DNA of 64,000 bases from assembly GCA_024225395.1 (NCBI GenBank), contig JAAEMR010000174.1, positions 6,057 through 70,056 on the forward strand, written 5' to 3'. The position numbers and the translations under genes were made by a program. Shown one piece after another: positions 56,813 through 64,000 of the stretch; the first letter of the stretch is position 1; each line of letters opens with the position of its first letter. Origin of the DNA: Gammaproteobacteria bacterium (lineage in GTDB: Bacteria; Pseudomonadota; Gammaproteobacteria; GCA-001735895). A model generated the notes under the pieces. The model was not told the DNA's origin and did no database searches. It saw only the letters and a list, made by a program, of their open reading frames with translations.

Positions 56813-57874
56813 TCACTCCTTCAGTCCGGATGAACGATACAGCATCCAGTCGACAACAAAGTTAACAGCAACTGTGAGCAGTGCGATAGCGCCAGCGGGT
56901 ATTAATGGTGTGATCTCTCCAAATGAAATCAGCGTGGCATTTTCACGAACCATAGAACCCCAGTCAGCGGTTGGAGGTTGAATACCAAGGCCCAAAAAGG
57001 ATAGACCAGCCACTAACAAAAATACAAAACAGAATTCAAGGCCAAACTCAGCGATTAATGGTGCGGTGGCATTTGGTAAAACTTCTTTACGAATAATATA
57101 CCAGGTACCTTCTCCACGAAGTCTGGCAGCTTCAATATAATCCATAACAACAATATTACCCGCTACTGACCTCGCTAATCGAAATACACGGGGTGCATAG
57201 ATTATAGCCATGACTATAATCAGGGTCACAACATTGGTTCCAAAAATACTCAGCAGTAACAGTGCGAAGATTAAAGAAGGTATAGACATCACCACGTCAA
57301 CAATACGGCTCATAACCTGGTCAAACTTACCGCCTTTTGAAGCAGCAAGTAAGCCTCCAATAGCACCTATAAAAAATGCTAAAAAGGTTGCAATCAGAGC
57401 CAGCCCCACGGTATTACGAGCACCATAAACAATACGACTGAACATATCCCGTCCAAGTTGATCAGCACCTAGCAGCATTTCATCATTGGCTGGTTCAAAG
57501 GCCTGTGAAATAATTTCAGATTCTCCATAAGGGGCTATGATTGGCGCAAATATGCCAGTAATTGCATAGGTAAAGATAATAAACAAACCAAAAGCAGCCG
57601 TCAGGGGGGCGGTTCGCATTATTTTGGCTGACTCTTTAGGTAAAATAATGGCCAGAAACTCCCTGAATGAATAAGAGACTCCTGCCGAAAAAGCAATAAT
57701 TCCAGCCAGAATGGTGACTGCCCATAAAGCGGATTCTCCGCCCACTATGCCCATCACAAAGGAAACCAGGGTGACAGAAAACAACAACAGAAAAGCCGTT
57801 CGTTTCTGGTAGAAGGCAGCCAGACTGGAGCCACCGATTAACAGTGCGTAAAAACCAATAATAAAATAATTCAT
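56813..57874 (-). CDS. ABC transporter permease (DppC/OppC-like, with N-terminal extension)
   Basis: EAA-like loop …IEAARLRGEG…. Six or more TM helices. Confidence 0.8.
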   Translation of the reverse strand: MNYFIIGFYALLIGGSSLAAFYQKRTAFLLLFSVTLVSFVMGIVGGESALWAVTILAGIIAFSAGVSYSFREFLAIILPKESAKIMRTAPLTAAFGLFIIFTYAITGIFAPIIAPYGESEIISQAFEPANDEMLLGADQLGRDMFSRIVYGARNTVGLALIATFLAFFIGAIGGLLAASKGGKFDQVMSRIVDVVMSIPSLIFALLLLSIFGTNVVTLIIVMAIIYAPRVFRLARSVAGNIVVMDYIEAARLRGEGTWYIIRKEVLPNATAPLIAEFGLEFCFVFLLVAGLSFLGLGIQPPTADWGSMVRENATLISFGEITPLIPAGAIALLTVAVNFVVDWMLYRSSGLKE

Positions 57875-57884
57875 GATTAAAACC

Positions 57885-58841
57885 TCACTTCGGATGACGC
57901 AGGCGTGGATTGGTCAAAATAGCCCCAATATCAGCTGCCAGATTTAATAATATAAAAGTGGCTGCAAAAATCAGACAACAGGCCTGCACTACCGGAAAAT
58001 CACGTTTGGTTACACTGTCTACCAGCATTTGTCCAATTCCCGGATAGACAAACACGACTTCAACCAGAACTACACCGGTTATCAGGTAAGCTAGATTCAA
58101 AGCAACCACATTAATGATCGGAGCCCAGGCGTTTGGCAAGGTGTGTTTAACGATTACTTTCCAGGCAGGAACACCCTTTAACCGGGCCATTTCAACATAG
58201 GGTGAAGCCAACAAATTAATAATAGAAGCACGTGTCATACGCATCATATGGGCTACAACCACCAGCACCATGGTCAGCGCAGGTAGAAAAGTTCGTTCCA
58301 GCTTGTCGAGTAAGGTCATATCAGCATCAATTTTGGCAATAGCCGGAAACATGCCCCATTTGACTGAGAAAAAAAGGATCAATACGTAAGCCAGGAAAAA
58401 TTCGGGTGCTGATATTGAGGTGAGGGTTAATATATTGGCGACACGATCAAAAACGGTATTTCGATATAAAGCCACCAATATCCCCAGGAAGATGGCAATA
58501 GGTACAGCTATAAAAGCCGCATAAACGGCCAGAAACAGGGTATTGGAAAACCTCTCGCCTATGGCCTCCGAGACCGGTTTCTGTGATACCAGTGAGTTAC
58601 CGAAGTCTCCGGTCACTGCACCGCCCAGCCATTCAAAATATCGGACCGGCGCTGATCGATCCAGACCAAGTTGTTCGCGCATTGCGGCAACATTTTCTTT
58701 TGTAGCTCCCTGCCCCAGTACAGCCTCCGCTATATCACCCGGCAACAGCTCAACAGCGCCGAAGATGATGACTGAAATGACCAGTAGCGTTAATAAGCCC
58801 AGTCCCAGTCTTTTTATAACAATATTTAAAATATCGCCCAT
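57885..58841 (-). CDS. ABC transporter permease (DppB/OppB-like)
   Basis: …MTRASIINLLASPYVEMARLKG… EAA loop. Six TM helices. Confidence 0.8.
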   Translation of the reverse strand: MGDILNIVIKRLGLGLLTLLVISVIIFGAVELLPGDIAEAVLGQGATKENVAAMREQLGLDRSAPVRYFEWLGGAVTGDFGNSLVSQKPVSEAIGERFSNTLFLAVYAAFIAVPIAIFLGILVALYRNTVFDRVANILTLTSISAPEFFLAYVLILFFSVKWGMFPAIAKIDADMTLLDKLERTFLPALTMVLVVVAHMMRMTRASIINLLASPYVEMARLKGVPAWKVIVKHTLPNAWAPIINVVALNLAYLITGVVLVEVVFVYPGIGQMLVDSVTKRDFPVVQACCLIFAATFILLNLAADIGAILTNPRLRHPK

Positions 58842-59122
58842 AGCCCTCTCCAGCTAAAATGACATTATTATTGGAATATATTTCAATCTGGAAAAATCAG
58901 TCAAGTGCGCAAAAGATGTACACAAGTTGTTGGTTTGGCTAGCGTAATGAAAAAATGCGATGTCACCTTACTGGTGATCAGCACTTTTTTGATATAGCTA
59001 CACAAATCAAGAACTTATGCAGACTTTCTTCATTCAATTGATTTATCCAGATTTAAGGGTTTGACTAAATATTAGGTATAGCCAAACCCTAGCTCATTGA
59101 GGCACAAATTAATGTGTTTAGA

Positions 59123-60748
59123 TCAGGCAAACCACCAACGATGGTATCCTCTTCCTCCATCTAGCTCCCAACTGGAGGCAATGCTAGGACCATGTTGAAC
59201 CTTTTTGTTTCTAGCACCAACAAAGTTAACAAAGATCGGAATTATTGAACCGCCATCATCGTGTGACAACTGACACATCTCTCGATACATGTCAGCACGA
59301 CGTTTCTCATTCAGCTCAGCCTTAGCCTGTAGCAATAATTCGTTAAAACGTGCATTTTGCCAATGAGATTCATTCCAGGCTGCATCGTCTTTGTAAGCAA
59401 GAGTAAACATATTATCGGGCGTTGGGCGTGCTCCCCATTTAACAAATGTAAATGGCTTTTTAAGCCAGACATCAGACCAGTAACCATCATTGGGTTCACG
59501 TTTTACGTTGATATTTATTCCAGCCGCTTTGGCATGTTCACTATAAAGAACACACATATCTACAGCTCCTGGTAATACACTATCAGCCGCAGACAGAGTT
59601 ACGTCCAATGAACTATGTCCGGCACGTTTCAGGTGAAACCTGGCTTTATCTGGATCATAGGTACGTTGTTTGATATCGGGCCAGTAAGGCATATTTGGTG
59701 ATACATGGAAATCATTTCCGGGGCTACCTGCACCAAACAGGATTTTCTTAACTATTTCTTCACGATCAATTGCATACTTAAGTGCTAGACGGGTATCCAC
59801 ATTGTCGAAAGGTGCCTGATCACAAAACATAGGTAGAGTGATGGCTGATCCACTGGCTACATTATCAATCTCAATGTTTCGATTACGTTTGAGTAAATTA
59901 AGAGTTTTTAAGTCAACAGAGGTTATGGCATCAACATCACCTGTTATTAATGCCGTTTGACGAGCATTTGGATCGTTCAGATAAATCATTTCGATTTTAT
60001 CGAAATAAGCCCCTTCGCGGTGCCATCCGTCATGCCTTGTTAAATTGGTCGAAACACCGGGTTTATGGTTGACAATTTTATACGGGCCAGCACCTGCACC
60101 ATCTTTCCAGTCGATGGTACCATCGGCATTTGCGGGTAACATAACCAGGTGATAGTCAGTCATAATCCATGGTAGATCGGCAAATCCCTGGGATAGCTCA
60201 ATAACAATTGTATGATCACCATCGGCCTTGATATCTGTAACAGCTGTTAACAAAGGTTTAGCTGCGGAAGTAGATTTATCCCCACGATGGTAATTCAATG
60301 AAGCAATGGCATCTTTCGCTGTAAATTTTTGACCATTATGAAAGCTTGCATTTTTATTCAGCGTAAATGTCCATTTTTTTGCATCTGGGGACGCACTCCA
60401 CGAAGTAGCCATATCGGGGCCGAGACCATTTTCAGAAGTAATTTCAGTCAAATAACTGCGATGGACGTGAGCAAGCTGAATTTCCGCTACAGCGGCATAT
60501 TTTCCGGGATCATGGGTATGTGTTGTATTTCCATCATGAACACCCACGCGGAATGTACCACCTCTTTTTGGCGCTGCTGATACATTTGAACTCCATAAGA
60601 GAGAGCCAGTGGAAGCAGTCATGCCAGCCGCAATGGCATAACTCATAAACTCACGTCGATTGATGCGACCAGTTTTTGCATCTGTCGCCATTTGATCAAT
60701 TAGTCTGGAATTCTTTTTCTGCGTCATCTTGTCTCCTCGGTTTAACAC
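59123..60748 (-). CDS. ABC transporter substrate-binding protein, family 5 (peptide/opine/nickel type), with Tat-like signal (RREFM)
   Basis: …RINRREFMSYAIAAGMTASTGSLLWSSNVSAA then an SBP_bac_5 fold. Likely start at MTQKK (60727). Confidence 0.8.
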   Translation of the reverse strand: MLNRGDKMTQKKNSRLIDQMATDAKTGRINRREFMSYAIAAGMTASTGSLLWSSNVSAAPKRGGTFRVGVHDGNTTHTHDPGKYAAVAEIQLAHVHRSYLTEITSENGLGPDMATSWSASPDAKKWTFTLNKNASFHNGQKFTAKDAIASLNYHRGDKSTSAAKPLLTAVTDIKADGDHTIVIELSQGFADLPWIMTDYHLVMLPANADGTIDWKDGAGAGPYKIVNHKPGVSTNLTRHDGWHREGAYFDKIEMIYLNDPNARQTALITGDVDAITSVDLKTLNLLKRNRNIEIDNVASGSAITLPMFCDQAPFDNVDTRLALKYAIDREEIVKKILFGAGSPGNDFHVSPNMPYWPDIKQRTYDPDKARFHLKRAGHSSLDVTLSAADSVLPGAVDMCVLYSEHAKAAGININVKREPNDGYWSDVWLKKPFTFVKWGARPTPDNMFTLAYKDDAAWNESHWQNARFNELLLQAKAELNEKRRADMYREMCQLSHDDGGSIIPIFVNFVGARNKKVQHGPSIASSWELDGGRGYHRWWFA

Positions 60749-61125
60749 CTGTTGTTATATATCCCACCACCCTAACAAGGCTAACCTTAAAATTCAAATG
60801 GATACATAGAAATAATAAATTCTAAAAACGGTTATAAATTATTTTTAGTGGTTAACAACACTGGACAGTCATTAAATTCAATTTATCAGAAATGTTTTAA
60901 AAGTGCCTGGTGTGATGAGAGTTAACATTAAACTGTTTTCTTTACTCTTACAGAATAATAATTAAAAAAAGGTCGTCATGGTGATTGATTAGATGATGGA
61001 AAAATTTCTCCAGTGATGGATACTCCAACTCATTGTTTTCATCACTGGGTGGCAACACATATAGTGAATAGGCGCAATAAAAAACTGAGCCTAATAGTTC
61101 AGAGCAGTGATATCACTAAATTTAT

Positions 61126-61377
61126 TCATCCTCCCTTAATGGGAGAAAATATTATTATTTCATCACCTGACCCGGGGATAATACTGGCATATTCCTGCTT
61201 CTGCATCAGATCACCATTTAGTAATACAATAAAATCCTGATCATCTGGCACTTTTAACTGGCTTAGTATTTTCTGAAGAGTCGATCCCGTTGGAATATTC
61301 AATTTGCATTGGTTAAATTTTCCGCATTCCGGCAAATACTGACGCAACTCTCCCAGCAGTTTAATACAGACTTTCAT
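61126..61377 (-). CDS. MoaD/ThiS-family small sulfur-carrier-like protein ending in Gly-Gly
   Basis: 83 aa with a beta-grasp-like sequence ending …IIIFSPIKGG*. Immediately downstream of the AOR gene. Confidence 0.6.
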   Translation of the reverse strand: MKVCIKLLGELRQYLPECGKFNQCKLNIPTGSTLQKILSQLKVPDDQDFIVLLNGDLMQKQEYASIIPGSGDEIIIFSPIKGG

Positions 61378-61383
61378 ATCGTT

Positions 61384-63195
61384 TTAAAGGCCAAGTCGCT
61401 TCAAAGTCTCCTGTAACGGCCTACCGTCCTGATCCCAACCACGCAATCGATAATATTCAGGTAACATCTCACCCAGTTTATTGACCAGTCCCCTACCCAC
61501 ACCCGATTTGGCAGGTTCCTCAAGAATACGTCCGGGCAGAGTGTCATCCTTTTTGCTTAAACCCGCCTGCAAATTAAACTGGCGTTCAAGGTTCCAGATT
61601 CTCTCACCTGTTTCAAACACGCGTTGTTCATTCCAGACACCTTCACAGACTGTGTTTACCAGTTCACAGTAATCACTAATAGACCAGCCGGAACCACCCG
61701 TAAACAAACATAAACCGGTGGAGTCTATAAAAGCGACCTCATCCTGTGAAGTTTTGACAACTTCTGCTTTACCCCCGGTACCGGTAGATTTAAAGTCATG
61801 ACCATAGGGGTCGGCACGTAAGTGACATGCGCCCCGATTACTGGTCGCATAGGCCAGTCCCATACCCTGCATGGAACGACCATCGTAAGCAGCAAACTCC
61901 TGACCTTTAACCGACATGGATAATTCCGGGCAGCCATATTTTTTAGTCAACAGCTTTGAGCCCATAGCAATTTGCTGACCAAAACCTTTTCCTTTAGCAG
62001 TAAGTTCGGTTATTTCACAAAGGGCTTCGGCTGAACCAAACTCCAGTTTGATTCCAGCTGTATCTGTATCGCTGAGAATACCTGTTTCGTACATCTCCAT
62101 TGCGGCTGCAATGGTACCTCCCAGTGAAATTGGATCCATACCATATTCATTACACAAAAAGCCGGCATAGGTGGCCGCATCAATATCAGCCACACCACAG
62201 GCGGCTCCTAATGCATAAGCAGTTTCATATTCCAGGCCTCCGGATGCCCCATGGTATTGTGTTTTATCTTTGATTGAAAAATGGGCTGGATCTATCTTAC
62301 AGATGCGGCCGCAACCGATAGTACAGGCAAAACAGGCTGCATTAGTAACCAGGTTGGTATGACCATTTCTATTGCGTGTTTGCATGGCTTCAACATTAAT
62401 CTCTGAAGCCCGCTCAAACTGAACTTGCTGATTATTGCGCGTGGGCAAACTACCAAAACTATTGGTGATATCCATCATTGCCAGGGTTCCATTTCGGCGA
62501 TAACCCTGTCGCTTTGTCAGGCGGATATTGATTGACTGAAAAATTTCATTACATGCATGACTGTTGTCATTACAATGCAAACCCCGGGTTCCCCTGACCG
62601 CAATGGCTTTCAATTTTTTTGATCCCATCACTGCACCCACACCTGAACGGCCGGCAGCACGATGGCGATCATTTACTACGCAGGCAAAACGGCACAGGTT
62701 CTCCCCTGCCGGTCCGATAGAAGCAATTTTAAGTTGAGGATCAACTGCCGAAAGAAGAACTTCGGTATCCCATACTGTCTTGCCCCATAGATGTGAGGCA
62801 TCACACAATTCGACTTTTTCATTCTCAATAGAAAGATAAACAGGTCGAGAGGATTGACCTTCAATAATCAGCAAATCATAACCTGCAAGCTTCAATTCAG
62901 CACCAAACTTACCACCTGAATTAGAACAGGCTATGGCACCGGTTAAGGCTCCCTTGGTAATTACAGAGTAACGCCCTCCTGTAGAAGCCATGGTGCCGGT
63001 TAAAGGCCCGGTTGCAAAGATCAGTTTATTTTCAGCAGAAAGTGCATCTGCAGCAGGATTCATTTCTTCGAGTAGATATTTACTACCCAGTCCGCGCTGA
63101 CCGAGATATTGCTGAGCCCATTCCATATTCAGGGGTTCGACATGGCAATTTTGAGTCGTTAAATTAACTCGTAAAATTAAACGTTGCCAGCTCAT
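61384..63195 (-). CDS. Aldehyde:ferredoxin oxidoreductase family (tungsten/molybdopterin-containing AOR)
   Basis: AOR N-terminal domain …LRVNLTTQNCHVEPL…GQRGLGSKYLLEE…LIFATGPLTG…GGRYSVITK…. Cys for the 4Fe-4S (…CFACTIGCGRIC…). Full-length collinearity at 603 aa. Confidence 0.85.
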   Translation of the reverse strand: MSWQRLILRVNLTTQNCHVEPLNMEWAQQYLGQRGLGSKYLLEEMNPAADALSAENKLIFATGPLTGTMASTGGRYSVITKGALTGAIACSNSGGKFGAELKLAGYDLLIIEGQSSRPVYLSIENEKVELCDASHLWGKTVWDTEVLLSAVDPQLKIASIGPAGENLCRFACVVNDRHRAAGRSGVGAVMGSKKLKAIAVRGTRGLHCNDNSHACNEIFQSINIRLTKRQGYRRNGTLAMMDITNSFGSLPTRNNQQVQFERASEINVEAMQTRNRNGHTNLVTNAACFACTIGCGRICKIDPAHFSIKDKTQYHGASGGLEYETAYALGAACGVADIDAATYAGFLCNEYGMDPISLGGTIAAAMEMYETGILSDTDTAGIKLEFGSAEALCEITELTAKGKGFGQQIAMGSKLLTKKYGCPELSMSVKGQEFAAYDGRSMQGMGLAYATSNRGACHLRADPYGHDFKSTGTGGKAEVVKTSQDEVAFIDSTGLCLFTGGSGWSISDYCELVNTVCEGVWNEQRVFETGERIWNLERQFNLQAGLSKKDDTLPGRILEEPAKSGVGRGLVNKLGEMLPEYYRLRGWDQDGRPLQETLKRLGL

Positions 63196-63635
63196 GATTT
63201 TTCTCCAAAAGACTTAACAGTGAATGTACCACGCCAGTTAGTATCCCGAAATGGTATTTTTGATCACTGTTTTTTTTGCCTTAATAAATTATAGTTTTCT
63301 ATCATTTGAACTTATCCTATAACTAAAAATTATACTAATCAGCGTTATTAAGTATGACAATTTTCAACTGATTCACAGTATATTCGTAGCACAGATTGAA
63401 ACTTCGGAGCGCATGGGTGTTTAATACCGATCTCCTCAGTATGAGAAATCTTGAACAATTAACCATGTCCAATGTTCGTGGAGAACTTTTCATGTCTGTC
63501 GTTTTGTTTGCAATTTGCCTGCTAGGTCTAAATAAGGAACAGGCACTATTCGGAATTGTTTCACTGCTGGTTTCCTTATTCATATTGAAACTGGGTATTG
63601 ATGATTACTACCTGCTGCAATGCCGTCGCAGATTT

Positions 63636-64000
63636 TTAAAACAAAAAAATACGGTAATGGTGGAGCCTCCCTGTTCCAGAAATTGAAAAAGTGTTTGCAC
63701 GGAATCGATAAAGTGTGCATTGCGAACCAGTAGGCCGATCAGGTCCGGAATGGAAAATCCTTGAGAAATCAGAGTAGTAACCATGACAACCTACAACATC
63801 AGTGTCTAATGCAATCAGTTCATTGTTTCCAATAACCTTACTGGCTGATTCCTGAAACCAGGGATTAGTTCTCTGTCCTGAACTGAGCAACCTTGTTTCA
63901 CAGTAATCAGCATTTTGAGAGATAACTGATTGATGCAGAACCGACCATAATTCATTTTCTGTGATGCCCGGTTGAATGGCATCACGTAGCTGGCCAAGAG
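63636..64000 (-). pseudogene. M24-family metallopeptidase (creatinase/Xaa-Pro peptidase-like), partial: open frame enters from beyond the window end and terminates prematurely at 63636
   Basis: Single minus-strand frame …QPGITENELWSVLHQSVIS…ELIALDTDVVGCHGYYSDFSRIFHSG… matches the M24 core up to the DxD/TRTF region. It stops about 150 aa before the expected H/E/E catalytic residues. Confidence 0.5.

Noticed and set aside
63396-63686. 96-aa plus-strand ORF with two hydrophobic segments between the AOR gene and the M24 fragment
   Set aside because: No RBS or conserved motif. Lies in a region likely disturbed by rearrangement. Cannot be distinguished from a chance ORF.
1-64000. Looked for CRISPR arrays, rRNA/tRNA genes, integrases/transposases and toxin-antitoxin or restriction-modification defence modules
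   Set aside because: No regularly spaced direct repeats, no structured-RNA signatures recognisable by eye, and no recombinase, nuclease, helicase or methylase motifs were seen in any frame.

Overview
Reading the sequence and ORF track directly, the window appears to be gammaproteobacterial chromosomal DNA, probably from a marine organism, with three functional blocks. Block 1 (1-5.5 kb) is housekeeping/redox: a LysR regulator divergent from pirin, then cybB-yceI-yqjG, a standalone CDGSH protein, and a CDGSH-CDGSH-glutamate-synthase(FMN)-domain fusion. Block 2 (about 6-35.5 kb) is an accessory, Vibrio syp-like exopolysaccharide locus: OmpA-like lipoprotein, Wza/SLBB exporter, Wzz, sulfotransferase, O-antigen-ligase-like protein, a GT4-Alg14 fusion plus Alg13-like partner, flippase and GT2. 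It carries a partner-switch regulatory module: a STAS domain fused to the priming sugar-1-phosphate transferase, and a SypE-like RsbW-kinase/REC/PP2C protein, together with a hybrid histidine kinase and a sigma-54 enhancer-binding response regulator. At least seven -24/-12 sigma-54 promoter-like elements with a shared upstream TTGAGAAATT-type motif lie in its intergenic regions. Block 3 (35.7-64 kb) is quaternary-amine and C1 catabolism: a BCCT transporter, ETF-QO, a RACo-like corrinoid reductive activase, a corrinoid protein, a methyl-THF:corrinoid methyltransferase, MetF/MetV-like reductase, GFA, Fhs, and a carnitine module (CdhR-like regulator, BKACE, carnitine dehydrogenase fused to a thioesterase). 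An opine/peptide-type ABC importer and a tungsten-type aldehyde:ferredoxin oxidoreductase with a MoaD-like carrier follow. The substrate methyltransferase (MttB family) survives only as an 80-aa N-terminal fragment. Several other gene remnants (OmpR-type regulator, SDR, two M24 peptidase pieces, an LruC/GEVED paralog fragment) point to ongoing gene decay, with no IS elements, tRNAs, rRNAs or CRISPR arrays recognised.
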